The notes: generated by a model from the letters alone, not told the origin. 64,000 bases of DNA from Dehalococcoidia bacterium (GCA_963665775.2 CAXXTF010000001.1:160001-224000); one strand, 5' to 3'; positions 52,204 through 63,506 are shown, counted from the first letter of the stretch. Numbers and translations: made by a program.

Positions 52204-53445
52204 ATGATCTACGATGCCATCGTGGTAGGCGCCGGACCGGCCGGCAGTACCGCTGCCCGTATCCTGGCTCGGGAGGGCGCCTCCGTGCTCCTTCTTGATC
52301 GCTCTCAGTTTCCTCGCGATAAGCCCTGCGGCGGCGCCGTCACGCCACGTGCCGCCGCCAGCCAGGAGCTGAACCTTTCCCCCGTGGTGGAGAGAACGGT
52401 GTTTGGCGCTCGCTTCTCCCTGCGGCTGGGACCAAGCTTCGACCGGCGGTTCGGAGAGCCCCTAACCTACATGACGCGACGCTCCCACCTAGACGCCTTC
52501 CTGGCTCAGGCAGCCGCCGAGGTCGGCGCCGACTTCCACGACGCAGACCCGGTTCGTGACCTGGAGATCGCCTCTGCCAACGCCGGCTCCGGCTCAGCCC
52601 TGGCCCCCGCGGTGACCGTACGCACCGCCGGCGGCTCCTACGCCGCCCGTGTCCTCGTCGGCGCCGACGGTGCCAACGGCATCGTCGGACGGGCCGCGGC
52701 GATATTCCCCAGCTTCGACGAGGGGGTGGCCCTGGAGGGGAACGCCCCCCTCTCGCCGGATATGGAGAGCCGCTGGCAAGAGGTGCTGGGCCTGGACCTG
52801 GGCGGGCTGGCGGGCGGATACGGCTGGCTGTTTCCCAAGGGGGACCACCTGAACGTCGGCGTCGGCGCCTGGAAATACGCCGCCTTCACCCTCCGCCCCA
52901 AGCTGGCCGACCTTTGCCGCCGCTACGGGGTAGATCCCGAGCGGCTGAGCGGGCTCCGGGGCCACCACCTGCCACTGCGGGTGCCGGGCACGCCCATCGC
53001 CCGAGGACCGGTGGCCCTGGTGGGAGACGCTGCGGGCCTGATAGACCCCCTCTCCGGCGAAGGGATTCAGAGCGCCTTCGCCAGTGGTCGTCTCGCCGCC
53101 GAGACGACACTTCGCTTTCTGGCCGGTCACGAACCGGACCTCTCGGCCTACCAGCGGGCCGTCGATCGGCACCTGCAACCGGACCTAACGATCTCGCGGC
53201 AACTCCAGGAGGTATTCCACTTCGCGCCCCCGCCCTTCGTGGCGGTGATGCACCGGAGCCAAAGGTTCTGGCGCTCCTTCTGCTACCTCATACGAGGCGA
53301 GATCACGTACGTGGACTTTTTCCGCATCATAGGCCCCATGCGGCTGGCCGTGGCGTTCTTCGCCGGGGTAGCCCAACAGCGGCGGCTATCACGGCTTGCG
53401 ATGCTGGCGACCGGGCACCAAGGCCTCCAACACGAGAGAGGCTAG
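52204..53445 (+). CDS. Geranylgeranyl reductase-family FAD oxidoreductase
   Basis: VVGAGPAG, PRDKPCGG, GADGANG, YGWLFP, GDAAGLIDPLSGEGI. Confidence 0.9.
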   Translation: MIYDAIVVGAGPAGSTAARILAREGASVLLLDRSQFPRDKPCGGAVTPRAAASQELNLSPVVERTVFGARFSLRLGPSFDRRFGEPLTYMTRRSHLDAFLAQAAAEVGADFHDADPVRDLEIASANAGSGSALAPAVTVRTAGGSYAARVLVGADGANGIVGRAAAIFPSFDEGVALEGNAPLSPDMESRWQEVLGLDLGGLAGGYGWLFPKGDHLNVGVGAWKYAAFTLRPKLADLCRRYGVDPERLSGLRGHHLPLRVPGTPIARGPVALVGDAAGLIDPLSGEGIQSAFASGRLAAETTLRFLAGHEPDLSAYQRAVDRHLQPDLTISRQLQEVFHFAPPPFVAVMHRSQRFWRSFCYLIRGEITYVDFFRIIGPMRLAVAFFAGVAQQRRLSRLAMLATGHQGLQHERG

Positions 53446-53465
53446 ACTAGAGGCTGCCGACGGGG

Positions 53466-53795
53466 CTACTCGGCGACCACGGCCGTGCCGTATACCAGGA
53501 CTTCAGAGGCGCCGCCCATTATCTGGGATGTGCTGAGGCGCACCGCCACAATGGCGTTCGCTCCCAGCTTCTCGGCCACCTCGGTCATCTCGTTCATCGC
53601 CTCTTCGCGACTCTCCTCCAGAAGCTCCGCGTAGACTCCCACCCTGCCGCCAACGATAGCGCGAACGCCGGCCTGAAGGTCCCGGCCAAGATTACGGGCC
53701 CGCACCGAGTGGCCACGCACCAGGCCCAGCGCCTTAACAATCTTACGGCCGGCCACCTCCTCAGAACTGACCACCAGGACCGGGCCTTCGGCCAT
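53466..53795 (-). CDS. YbjQ / UPF0145 family protein
   Basis: GLVRG, IVGG...Y..LLEESREEA, GANAIV, YGTAV. Confidence 0.9.
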   Translation of the reverse strand: MAEGPVLVVSSEEVAGRKIVKALGLVRGHSVRARNLGRDLQAGVRAIVGGRVGVYAELLEESREEAMNEMTEVAEKLGANAIVAVRLSTSQIMGGASEVLVYGTAVVAE

Positions 53796-53822
53796 ATCGT
53801 ACCTCCTGTCAGGAAATCCCAG

Positions 53823-54794
53823 TTATTCCAAAGTATACATGGCGTGCCCTGATTCATATAGATCCCGATACCGTAGCCGCTTACCCACCATTCCGGCGAT
53901 GATCCTCCGTATCTGCTCCTTGGTGTCGGCCGGACGGTCGTTGTGCCGCCCCGAGAACTCGCTGACGTAGCGATCTAAGTGCTTGGCGCTCATCTGGTGA
54001 TAGGTGCCGACATAGCCCCGTTTCAGCATCGACCAGAACGACTCCATTCCGTTCACGTGGGCTTGACCCTTCACGAACTCTCCCACACTGTGCTTAACGG
54101 CTTCGTGATTTGGGAGGCCGCGATAAGCGGCGTGCTCGTCCGTGTAGACCTTCGCTCCTGGGGCAACACGCTCACCCATGAAGCCCTGTAGGGTCTCACT
54201 CGTGGTGTCAGGGACCGGCCTGGCAGCTACCTGGTTGGTCTCGCGGTCTTTGATGCCGGCCACGGCGACCTTTCCCACCGGGCCGGAGAACAAGCCGCCG
54301 CCACTCTCCCAAGCCCTGCGGATACGGTGGGCCATGTGCCACGCCGTCTTCTGGGTTACCCCTAGGTCGCGGTGCAACTTCATGGAGCTTACACCCTTGA
54401 GACTGGTCGTCATCAGGTAGGAGCATAGCACCCACTTGCTCAGAGGGAGATTTGAGCCCTGCATAACGGTATCGGTCTTGATCGTGAAATCGAACCGGCA
54501 GGCTCGGCACCGAAAGGTCCTGGGCTGACCCGTGCGATCCTGGATGTTTGGGGACTCGCACCGGGGGCACCGAACCCCGTTCGGCCACCTGGCTTCCATG
54601 AACATTCTCTCCATATCTTCCTCGTCCGAAAACTGCCTGACCGCCTCTACGAGCGGTAGACCCTTCCGATAGTGCTTACCTGGTGCCTTGTGTGCCATTG
54701 CTCTTCAACCCTCCCGATAGCTCTATTATGCACTATTTTGGTGAGGATTGTTAAGCACTTTCACACTTGTTTGGGGCAGATTGTATATAATTCC
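53823..54794 (-). mobile_element. IS1595-family (ISXO2-like) element; transposase 53823-54698 has an internal deletion
   Basis: RWPNGVRCPRC...C..C Zn ribbon, LGVTQKTAW HTH, YTDE, NGMESFWS, KRLRY; VEVDET segment missing; one possible end GGGAATTATATAC near 54794. Confidence 0.85.
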
Positions 54795-54811
54795 CTTTCG
54801 AATAGGCGTGC

Positions 54812-54840
54812 TTGACTTGGACAGCCTCCCCTACTACAAT
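54812..54840 (+). promoter_or_regulatory. Sigma70 promoter of the ilv-leu operon, TTGACT-N17-TACAAT
   Basis: Near-consensus with correct spacing, upstream of the T-box. Confidence 0.8.
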
Positions 54841-54880
54841 CGTTCTTACAATTCCTTACTACAATCGTTCTTACAATCCC
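54831..54880 (+). repeat. Tandem 25-bp duplication containing four TACAAT hexamers
   Basis: ctactacaatcgttcttacaattcc / ttactacaatcgttcttacaatccc. Confidence 0.85.
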
Positions 54881-54892
54881 CCTGATAGACAG

Positions 54893-55198
54893 TGGCGGAG
54901 ACGGGGAGTAGTAGGGGCCGATCCGCTCCCAGAGAGTCGGGCCCAGGTGGAAGCCCGGCAGCGGTAAGCGCTGAACTCGCCCCTGAGCCATCGGGCTGAA
55001 TCAGAGTAGGCTCGATCGGGAGGCGCCCGTTACAGCGTTAGAGGGCCCTGAGGTGTTGCTGAGAGAAGGGTACCGCCCCGTCCCAAGCGGGATAGTTGAA
55101 GGCGGGTCTTTTTATTGGCGCGCCAGACCGTCACCTTGGGGAAGAAGGGTGGTACCGCGAGACGACCAAGTCCCGTCCCTTTGGGGCCGGGACTTTAT
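54893..55198 (+). promoter_or_regulatory. T-box riboswitch, Leu (CUC) specifier
   Basis: AGTA, AGAGA and GGTGGAA stem I motifs; GAA-CTC specifier at 54976-78; T-box AAGGGTGGTACCGCG at 55145-59; terminator 55168-55198. Confidence 0.92.
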
Positions 55199-55213
55199 AT
55201 TCAAGGGAGATCG

Positions 55214-56890
55214 ATGGCAACGACGAACCGAACCCTGAGAAGCGACCGCATCAAGAAGGGCTTCCGGCGGGCCGCCGCTCGCTCCTACCTGCGGGCGATG
55301 GGCCTGGGAGACGAGGATATCGGCAAGCCCCTGGTGGCCGTGACCAGCTCCTGGAACGAGGCCACGCCCTGCAACGTGCACCTGGACCGGCTGGCTGGCT
55401 GGGCCAAGGAAGGGGTGACGGCCGCCGGCGGGACGCCGCGCGAGTTCACCACCATCGCCGTCTCCGATGGCATCGCTATGGGATACGAGGGGATGAAGGC
55501 CTCCCTGGTCAGCCGCGAGGTCATCGCCGACTCCATTGAGCTGATGGTGATGGCCCACGGTTACGACGGCGTGGTGGGCATCGCTGGCTGCGACAAGAGC
55601 CTGCCCGGGGCGCTCATGGCCATGGCCCGCCTGAACGTGCCCTCGATCTTCCTCTACGGCGGCACGATCCAGCCCGGCCATTTCCAGGGACGAGAAGTGA
55701 CCGTGCAGGATGTGTTCGAGGGGGTGGGTGCGGTGGAGGCCGGACGTATGTCCGAGGAGGAGCTGTACGAGCTGGAATGCGCCGCCTGCCCCGGCGAGGG
55801 CTCCTGCGGTGGCATGTATACGGCCAATACCATGGCCTGCGCCAGCGAGGCGCTGGGCATGGCCTTACCCTTCAGCGCCTCCATCCCGGCCACGGCCCCG
55901 GAGCGCCACGATATCTGCCGGCGCACGGGAGAGACCGTCCTGCGCCTGATCGACCAGGACCTCAAACCGCGAGATCTCCTCACCCGTAAGGCGTTCGAGA
56001 ACGCCACCGCCGTAGTGGTGGCCATCGGCGGCTCCACCAACGCCGCCCTCCACCTGCCGGCCATCGCCCACGAAGCGGGGCTGGAGCTGCCGCTGGACGA
56101 CTTCGATCGTATCGCCCGGCGGGTGCCCCACATCGCCGACACCAGGCCCGGCGGACGCTACGTCATGACGGACCTTCATCGCGTTGGCGGCACGCCGCGG
56201 GTGATGAAGGAGCTACTGGACGCCGGCCTGTTGCACGGCGACGCCCTGACAGTCACCGGCCTGACGGTGGCCGAAAACCTGGCCGACCTGACCTTTGACG
56301 ATGACCAGGACGTGATTCTGCCCACCGAGTCCCCCCTGAAGGCGAGCGGCACGATGGTGATCCTCAAGGGGAACCTGGCCACCGAAGGCTCTGTGATGAA
56401 GACCAGTGGCCTCAAGAAGGAGCATCACAGCGGCCCGGCCCGCGTCTTCGACTCCGAGGATCGGGCGGCCGAGGCAGTGGCCCGCCGCGAGATTCGCTCC
56501 GGCGACGTGGTGGTCATCCGCTACGAGGGGCCTATCGGTGGTCCCGGCATGCGGGAGATGCTGGCCGTGACGGCGTCTCTCGCCGGCCAGGGGCTGGGCG
56601 AAGAGGTGGCCCTCATAACGGACGGCCGCTTCTCCGGCGCCACCCACGGCTTCATGGTGGGACACGTGGCGCCGGAGGCGGCGGTGGGCGGCCCCATCGC
56701 CGCTCTAGAGGATGGAGACACCATCACCCTGGACATACCCCAACGGCTGATACAGGTGGAGTTAGGGGAGGAGGAGATACAACGGCGACTTGGTCAGTGG
56801 GCACCGCCCACCCCCAACTACCTCTCGGGGGCGCTGGCCAAGTACGCCCGCCTGGTATCCTCGGCTGCCAGGGGCGCCGTTTGCAGCTAG
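55214..56890 (+). CDS. ilvD: Dihydroxy-acid dehydratase
   Basis: [42 protein letters not shown]. Confidence 0.97.
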   Translation: MATTNRTLRSDRIKKGFRRAAARSYLRAMGLGDEDIGKPLVAVTSSWNEATPCNVHLDRLAGWAKEGVTAAGGTPREFTTIAVSDGIAMGYEGMKASLVSREVIADSIELMVMAHGYDGVVGIAGCDKSLPGALMAMARLNVPSIFLYGGTIQPGHFQGREVTVQDVFEGVGAVEAGRMSEEELYELECAACPGEGSCGGMYTANTMACASEALGMALPFSASIPATAPERHDICRRTGETVLRLIDQDLKPRDLLTRKAFENATAVVVAIGGSTNAALHLPAIAHEAGLELPLDDFDRIARRVPHIADTRPGGRYVMTDLHRVGGTPRVMKELLDAGLLHGDALTVTGLTVAENLADLTFDDDQDVILPTESPLKASGTMVILKGNLATEGSVMKTSGLKKEHHSGPARVFDSEDRAAEAVARREIRSGDVVVIRYEGPIGGPGMREMLAVTASLAGQGLGEEVALITDGRFSGATHGFMVGHVAPEAAVGGPIAALEDGDTITLDIPQRLIQVELGEEEIQRRLGQWAPPTPNYLSGALAKYARLVSSAARGAVCS

Positions 56891-56983
56891 CCTGATCGGG
56901 AGCGGTCGCCCTTACCTCTACGGGTGGGAACTTTCCCCCATCCCCTCGATTCCAGCCGAGAAACCGACGAAAGGGAACAGGCC

Positions 56984-58690
56984 ATGGAGATGACCGGTGC
57001 ACAGATGGTGATGGAAGGCCTCCTACGGGAGGGGGTGGAGCACGTCTTCGGTCTGCCCGGGGGCGCCAATCTGCCCCTGTACGACGCTATCCCCCAGTAC
57101 GAACCGAAAATCCGCCACTACCTAGTGAAGCACGAGCAGGCCGCCGCCCACGCCGCCGACGCCTATGCCCGGGTAGCCAACAAGGCCGGGGTCTGCTTCG
57201 CCACATCCGGGCCGGGAGCCACTAACCTCGTTACCGGCATCGCCAACGCCTGGATGGACTCGGTGCCCCTGATCTGTATCACGGGCGCTGTCATCAAGGC
57301 CCTCCTAGGGCGCGACGGCTTCCAGGAGGCGGACATCACCGGTATCACCATCCCCATAACCAAGCACAACTACCTGATCATGGACGCGCGGGAGATACCG
57401 CAGGCGATGAAGGAGGCGTTCCACATCGCCACCACGGGCCGGCCGGGGCCGGTCCTCATCGACATCCCCCGCGATGTCCTGCAGCAGGTGGCAGAGTTCG
57501 ACTTGCCGGAGCGGCTGGACCTGCCCGGCTACCGCCCCCGCCTCTACCCGGACCCGGAGGAGGTGACCAAGGCCGTCCAGCTCATCGACGAGTCCGAGCG
57601 ACCGGTTATCCTGGCCGGCCACGGCGTGCGCATCGCCCAGGCCTACGACGAGCTGCGGGAGCTGGCGGAGAAGGCGAACCTGCCGGTGATCACCACCCTC
57701 CTGGGCATCAGCGGCTTCCCCGGAACCCACCCCCTCTATATGGGAATGCCGGGGATGCACGGCATGTACTGGAACAACATCGCTATCAGCGAGTCTGACC
57801 TCCTGGTCGCCGTAGGCATGCGCTTCGACGACCGGGTGACGGGCCGCCTGAAGGACTTCGCGCCCAACGCTAAGATCATCCACATGGAGGTCGACCCGGC
57901 GGAGGTGGGCAAGAACGTGCGACCCACGGCCACCCTGCAAGGGGACGCCCGCTTCTGCCTCCAGGCGCTGAACAAGGGGATCACGCACAAGGATCGGCCC
58001 GACTGGTTCGCCCACTTGGATCAGCTGAAGCGAGAGCACCCCTCTATCACCATCCGGGAGACGGCGGAGATCCTGCCCCAGTACGCCATCGATAAGATAT
58101 ACGAGGCCACCAAGGGAGACTGCTACGTGGTGACGGGGGTGGGACAGCACCAGATGTGGGCCGCCCAGTACTTCTGGTACGACAAGCCCAACAGCTTCGT
58201 GACCTCCGGCGGCCTGGGCACCATGGGGTTCGAGGTGCCGGCGGCCATGGGGGTGCAGGTAGCGAAGCCGGACGAGATGGTCTGGTCCATCTGCGGCGAC
58301 GGCGGCTTCCAAATGACGCTTCAGGAGCTAGCCACCATCGCCGAATACGGATGGCCTATCAAGTTCGCCATCTTGAACAACAACTACCTGGGCATGGTCC
58401 GTCAATGGCAGGAGCTGTTCTACCACCAGAACGTAGTGGCGACGCCCCTCAAGAACCCGGACTTTGTAAAGCTGGCTGAGGCCTTCGGCATCCTGGGGCT
58501 GCGGGCCAGCCGCCGGGAAGAGGTAGCGCCGGCGATCGCCCAGGCGATGGAGCATCCCGGGCCAGTGGTTCTCGACATTCAGACCACGGAGGATGAGAAC
58601 ACCTACCCGATGGTGCCGCCCGGCGCCGCGCTCGGGGAAACCGTCGACCTACCAGACCTGGCGCCTAAAGAAGTGGGGGTGGGAGAGTGA
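56984..58690 (+). CDS. ilvB: Acetolactate synthase large subunit
   Basis: FGLPGG, HEQ, TSGPGATN, GQHQMW, GDGGFQM...NN TPP motif. Confidence 0.97.
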   Translation: MEMTGAQMVMEGLLREGVEHVFGLPGGANLPLYDAIPQYEPKIRHYLVKHEQAAAHAADAYARVANKAGVCFATSGPGATNLVTGIANAWMDSVPLICITGAVIKALLGRDGFQEADITGITIPITKHNYLIMDAREIPQAMKEAFHIATTGRPGPVLIDIPRDVLQQVAEFDLPERLDLPGYRPRLYPDPEEVTKAVQLIDESERPVILAGHGVRIAQAYDELRELAEKANLPVITTLLGISGFPGTHPLYMGMPGMHGMYWNNIAISESDLLVAVGMRFDDRVTGRLKDFAPNAKIIHMEVDPAEVGKNVRPTATLQGDARFCLQALNKGITHKDRPDWFAHLDQLKREHPSITIRETAEILPQYAIDKIYEATKGDCYVVTGVGQHQMWAAQYFWYDKPNSFVTSGGLGTMGFEVPAAMGVQVAKPDEMVWSICGDGGFQMTLQELATIAEYGWPIKFAILNNNYLGMVRQWQELFYHQNVVATPLKNPDFVKLAEAFGILGLRASRREEVAPAIAQAMEHPGPVVLDIQTTEDENTYPMVPPGAALGETVDLPDLAPKEVGVGE

Positions 58691-59241
58691 CGAACGACAA
58701 CAATCTGCGCAAACACACGATCATCGCTCTGGTGGAAGACCGCCCAGGCGTCCTCAATCGCATCGCCTCCAAGTGGCGGCAGCGGGGCTTCAACATCGAG
58801 AGCCTGGCCGTGGGCCGCTCGGAGAAGCCAGGGCTATCCCGGATGACCTTCGTAGTGGACGCCAGCACAGACGCGGAGCAGGTGGTGAAGCAGGTGGACA
58901 AGCTGGTGAACGTGGTGGACATCCGGGACATCTCGGACGAGAGCATGGTGACGCGGGAGATGGCCCTCATCAAGGTGGGCGTCGACGCCGGCAACCGGGG
59001 CCATATCATCGAAATCGCGGACCTCTTCCGAGCCAACATCGTGGATGTCTCGCCAGGCTCGGTCATTCTGGAGGTGACAGGCGACGAGGCGAAGGTAGAG
59101 GCCATCTTCGAGCTGCTGCGGGACTACACCGTCATCGAGCTGGTGCGCACCGGCCGGGTCGCGATGCTGCGGGGCTCAGCGGTGTCCCACCCGCACCCGC
59201 AGGAGCAGCCGGAGCGCTACGAGGGCCAGCACACGTGGTAG
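58687..59241 (+). CDS. ilvN: Acetolactate synthase small subunit
   Basis: EDRPGVLNRI, RGFNIESL ACT domain. Confidence 0.95.
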   Translation: MTNDNNLRKHTIIALVEDRPGVLNRIASKWRQRGFNIESLAVGRSEKPGLSRMTFVVDASTDAEQVVKQVDKLVNVVDIRDISDESMVTREMALIKVGVDAGNRGHIIEIADLFRANIVDVSPGSVILEVTGDEAKVEAIFELLRDYTVIELVRTGRVAMLRGSAVSHPHPQEQPERYEGQHTW

Positions 59242-59307
59242 GCATAGACGGTCCACAACAACCACGCCGGCCGCCCTATAATCCAAGCAAGTAGGAGGAG
59301 TGAGTCC

Positions 59308-60306
59308 GTGGCCAAGATCTACTACGGCAGCGACGCTAACCTGGAGCTGCTAAACGGAAAGACCATCGGCATCATCGGCTTCGGTTCGCAGGGGCACGCT
59401 CATGCCCTGAACCTGAAGGACAGCGGCGGCGACGTGATGGTGGGGCTGTACACGGGCTCCAAGTCGTGGCCCCAGGCCCAGGAGGCCGGGCTGAGGGTAG
59501 GTACCGTAGAGGCGGTGGCCCGGGAAGCAGACATCATCATGATGCTCGCCCCGGACCAGGCCCAGCGTCAGATCTACCTCGAGAGCATCGAGCCCGGATT
59601 GCGGGCCGGGAAGATGCTGATGTTCGCGCACGGCTTCAACATCCACTTCAACCAGATCGTGCCGCCGCCGGACGTGGACGTGACAATGATCGCCCCCAAG
59701 GCGCCGGGCCACCGCATGCGGGAGATGTTCGCGGAGGGGATGGGCGTTCCCGCCCTCGTCGCCGTCCATCAGAACGCCAGCGAGACCGCTAAAGAGGTGG
59801 CCCTGGCCTACGCTAAGGGCGTGGGCTGCACCAAGGCCGGCGTCCTTGAGACGACCTTCGCCGAGGAGACGGAGACGGACCTGTTCGGTGAGCAGGTGGT
59901 CCTCTGCGGCGGCATCACCTCCCTGGTGAAGACCGCTTTCGAGACGCTGGTGGCCGCCGGCTACCAGCCGGAGATCGCCTACTTTGAGTGCATGCACGAG
60001 CTGAAGCTGCTGGTGGACATGATGCACGAGGGCGGTATGGCCTACATGCGCTACTCCATCTCCGACACGGCTGAGTACGGAGACTACACCCGCGGGCCCA
60101 AGGTCATCGACGACCACGTGCGGCAGTCGATGCGCCAGGTCCTGGGCAATATCCAATCGGGCGCCTTCGCGCGGGAGTGGGTCCTGGAGGGCCAGGCCGG
60201 CCGGCCCAGCTTCCTGGCCCTGCGCAGGCAGAACGCCGAGCACCCTATCGAGACGGTCGGTAAGGAGCTGCGATCAATGATGCCCTGGCTCCAGAAGCGC
60301 GATTAG
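59308..60306 (+). CDS. ilvC: Ketol-acid reductoisomerase
   Basis: [35 protein letters not shown]. Confidence 0.98.
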   Translation: MAKIYYGSDANLELLNGKTIGIIGFGSQGHAHALNLKDSGGDVMVGLYTGSKSWPQAQEAGLRVGTVEAVAREADIIMMLAPDQAQRQIYLESIEPGLRAGKMLMFAHGFNIHFNQIVPPPDVDVTMIAPKAPGHRMREMFAEGMGVPALVAVHQNASETAKEVALAYAKGVGCTKAGVLETTFAEETETDLFGEQVVLCGGITSLVKTAFETLVAAGYQPEIAYFECMHELKLLVDMMHEGGMAYMRYSISDTAEYGDYTRGPKVIDDHVRQSMRQVLGNIQSGAFAREWVLEGQAGRPSFLALRRQNAEHPIETVGKELRSMMPWLQKRD

Positions 60307-60448
60307 GACTGAACTGAAAAAGTGATCTCGCTAACCCGCAACGGTCTGCCCACCCTCAACCTTAGCCGGCCCTCCTCGACCACCGTCGAGCGAGGGCCCG
60401 CCTGGAGTCCATTCCGATCATCCCACTCCCAAGGAGGTTGAGCCGACC

Positions 60449-61993
60449 GTGACAGATAAGGTACGAATATTCGATACGACCCTGAGGGACGGCGAGCAGT
60501 CCCCCGGCGTAGCCCTGAACGGCGAGGAGAAGCTGGAGATCGCCCGCGCCCTGGAACGGTTGCGGGTGGACTTCATCGAGGCCGGCTTCCCCGCCTCTTC
60601 CCCCGGCGATCTGGAGTCCGTCACCACCATCGCCAAAGAGGTGCGCGGCACCGCCATCGCCGGCCTGGCCCGCGCCATCTCGGCGGATGTCGACGCCTGC
60701 TGGGAGGCCGTTCGCCACGCCGCCCAGCCACGCATCCACGTCTTCCTCTCCAGCTCAGACATCCACATCCTGCACCAGCTACAGAAGGACCGGGAGCAGG
60801 TGCTGGAGATGGCCCGCAGCCAGGTGGCGCACGCCAAGAAGTACTGCTCCGATGTGGAGTTCTCCCCGATGGACGCCACCCGCTCCGAGCCCGATTACGT
60901 CTTCCGCATGCTGACCGAGTGCATCGAGGCCGGCGCCACCACGGTCAACATCCCCGATACCGTAGGCTACGCCATCCCTGAGGAGTTCGGGGAGTTCATC
61001 CGTAGCATCCAGGAGAACGTGCCCAATATCCATAAGGCCGTGATCTCCGTCCACTGCCACAATGACCTGGGGCTTTCGGTGGCCAACAGCCTGGCCGCCG
61101 TGCGCGCCGGCGCCCGCCAGGTGGAGACCTGCATCAACGGCATCGGCGAGCGGGCCGGGAACGCCTCCCTGGAGGAGGTGGTTATGGCCATCAAGACCCG
61201 CGCCGACTTCTTCGACCTCAGCACTGACCTGGACACCACGCAGATCCACCGCACCAGCCGCCTGGTCTCGCAGCGCACCGGCATGATGGTACAGCCCAAC
61301 AAGGCGATCGTGGGCGCCAACGCCTTCCGCCATCAGTCTGGCATCCACCAGCACGGCATCACCAGGCTGCTGGAAACGTATGAGATCATCAACGCCCAGG
61401 ATATCGGCCTGCCCCGGGGCGGCCTCCTGGTCCTGAACAAGAACTCGGGTCGTCACGGCCTCAAGGCCCGCCTGGACGAGCTGGGCTACGAGATCGCCGG
61501 CGAGGAGATGAACCGCCTGTTCGAGGCCTTCAAGGAGCTGGCCGACAAGAAGGGCGAGATCGACGACCGCGACCTGGATGCCCTGGTGTCCGAGGAAAGG
61601 CGGACGGTGGAGGAGAACTACCGGCTCGACCTCCTCCAGGTCTCCTGCGGGAACCATCTGCTGCCCACGGCCACCGTACGCATTATCGGCCCGGAGGGGA
61701 AGACCGCAGAGACTACGTCCACCGGCACCGGCCCCATAGACGCCACCTTTCAGGCGATTAACCAGCTCATCGGGGTGCCCAACCGGCTGCTGGAGTATAC
61801 GGTCAACAGCGTCACCGAGGGAATCGACGCCCAGGGCGAGGTGGCCGTGCGCATCGAGACCGACGACCGCACCTTCGTGGGCCGCGGCGCCGACACGGAC
61901 ATCGTCGTCGCCTCCGCCAAGGCGTTGATGAACGCCCTCAACCGCGCCCTGGCCTACAGGCCGCGCGAGGAGCAGGTGTGGGCAAACCCCTAG
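60449..61993 (+). CDS. leuA: 2-isopropylmalate synthase
   Basis: DTTLRDGEQ, HCHND, GERAGN, C-terminal regulatory domain. Confidence 0.97.
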   Translation: MTDKVRIFDTTLRDGEQSPGVALNGEEKLEIARALERLRVDFIEAGFPASSPGDLESVTTIAKEVRGTAIAGLARAISADVDACWEAVRHAAQPRIHVFLSSSDIHILHQLQKDREQVLEMARSQVAHAKKYCSDVEFSPMDATRSEPDYVFRMLTECIEAGATTVNIPDTVGYAIPEEFGEFIRSIQENVPNIHKAVISVHCHNDLGLSVANSLAAVRAGARQVETCINGIGERAGNASLEEVVMAIKTRADFFDLSTDLDTTQIHRTSRLVSQRTGMMVQPNKAIVGANAFRHQSGIHQHGITRLLETYEIINAQDIGLPRGGLLVLNKNSGRHGLKARLDELGYEIAGEEMNRLFEAFKELADKKGEIDDRDLDALVSEERRTVEENYRLDLLQVSCGNHLLPTATVRIIGPEGKTAETTSTGTGPIDATFQAINQLIGVPNRLLEYTVNSVTEGIDAQGEVAVRIETDDRTFVGRGADTDIVVASAKALMNALNRALAYRPREEQVWANP

Positions 61994-62102
61994 CGCACAC
62001 AGCCGGGGAGGGCGATGGCATCTCCTCCCTCCCTGGGTTATCCTGATATATGCCCAATTGAATACGCCGAACTGAATTCATAAGTAATAGGAACACACTG
62101 AA

Positions 62103-63506
62103 GTGCAACCGAGTACGCTGTTCGAAAAGATCTGGGACTCGCACGTGGTGCACCAGGAGGAGGGGAAGCCCTCCCTCCTGTACGTGGACCTGCACCTGGT
62201 GCACGAGGTGACCTCCCCTCAGGCGTTCGAGGGGCTCCGGCTGGCCGATCGAACCGTGCGCCGCCCGGACCTGACGATCGCCACCGTGGACCACAACGTC
62301 CCCACCACCGACCGCCGCCTGCCGGTCCGTGACGAGATCTCCCGCCGGCAGATCGAGACGCTGAGCCGGAACTGCGCCGAGTTCGGCGTCAAGCTCTACG
62401 ATATGCACTCCGACCGGCAAGGCATCGTCCACGTCATCGGCCCGGAGCTAGGCTACACCCGCCCGGGGATGGTGATCGTGTGCGGCGACAGCCACACCTC
62501 CACGCACGGCGCCCTGGGCGCCTTCGCCATGCCCATCGGCACCTCGCAGGTGGAGCACGTCCTGGCGACTCAGTGCCTGGTTCAGGCTAAACCGAGGAGT
62601 ATGGAGGTACGGGTGGAGGGTGCGCTGCCCAGGGGGGTCACCGCCAAGGATATGATCCTAGGCATCATCGGGCGAATCGGTGTGGACGGTGCCGCCGGCC
62701 ACGTGGTCGAGTACACCGGAGAAGCGATCCGCGCCCTCTCAATGGATGGACGGATGACGGTCTGCAATATGTCCATCGAGGCCGGGGCGCGAGTGGGAAT
62801 GGTCGCCCCGGACGACACGACCTTCGAGTACCTGCGCGGCCGGCCGTACGTCCCCAGCGGGGCGGACTGGGATGCCGCGGTCGAGGCCTGGAAGGCGCTG
62901 CCGACGGACCCCGGTGCCGTGTTCGACAAGACCCTCATAATCGACGCCTCGGAGCTGGAGCCGTACGTCACCTGGGGCACTAACCCGGGGATGGTCGTCC
63001 CGGTGGGCGGAAGCGTGCCGGAGCCCGCCTCCTTCTCCTCGCCCAGCGATAGATCGGCCGCGGAGCAGGCGCTGGCGTACATGGGCCTGGAACCCGGCAC
63101 GCCGATTCAGGACATCCAGATCGACCGGGTGTTCATCGGCTCCTGCACTAACGCCCGCATCGAGGACCTACGCGCGGCGGCCCAGATCGTGCGGGGCCGA
63201 AAGGTACACGGCGGCGTGCAGGCGATGGTGGTCCCCGGCTCGACCCAGGTCAAGCTCGAGGCGGAGCGAGAGGGGCTGGACCGCGTATTCGTGGAGGCGG
63301 GACTGGAATGGCGAGAGGCGGGCTGCTCCATGTGCCTGGGCATGAACCCGGACATCCTGGCGCCCGGAGAGCGCTGTGCCTCCACCTCCAACCGCAACTT
63401 TGAGGGCCGACAGGGTAAGGGTGGGCGCACCCATCTCGTGAGCCCCGAGACGGCCGCCGCCGCGGCTATCGCTGGGCACTTCGTGGACATCCGGGAGTGG
63501 GAATGA
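62103..63506 (+). CDS. leuC: 3-isopropylmalate dehydratase large subunit
   Basis: [40 protein letters not shown]. Confidence 0.97.
   Translation: MQPSTLFEKIWDSHVVHQEEGKPSLLYVDLHLVHEVTSPQAFEGLRLADRTVRRPDLTIATVDHNVPTTDRRLPVRDEISRRQIETLSRNCAEFGVKLYDMHSDRQGIVHVIGPELGYTRPGMVIVCGDSHTSTHGALGAFAMPIGTSQVEHVLATQCLVQAKPRSMEVRVEGALPRGVTAKDMILGIIGRIGVDGAAGHVVEYTGEAIRALSMDGRMTVCNMSIEAGARVGMVAPDDTTFEYLRGRPYVPSGADWDAAVEAWKALPTDPGAVFDKTLIIDASELEPYVTWGTNPGMVVPVGGSVPEPASFSSPSDRSAAEQALAYMGLEPGTPIQDIQIDRVFIGSCTNARIEDLRAAAQIVRGRKVHGGVQAMVVPGSTQVKLEAEREGLDRVFVEAGLEWREAGCSMCLGMNPDILAPGERCASTSNRNFEGRQGKGGRTHLVSPETAAAAAIAGHFVDIREWE

Noticed and set aside
54831-54880. Possible CRISPR array
   Set aside because: Only two adjacent units, no spacers and no cas genes.
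62005-62056. Fluoride-riboswitch-like GGCGATGGCAT...ATGCC between leuA and leuC
   Set aside because: P1 is mismatched, the conserved AACCGC/GCUGAUG parts are absent, and the gene context is wrong; more likely a simple hairpin.
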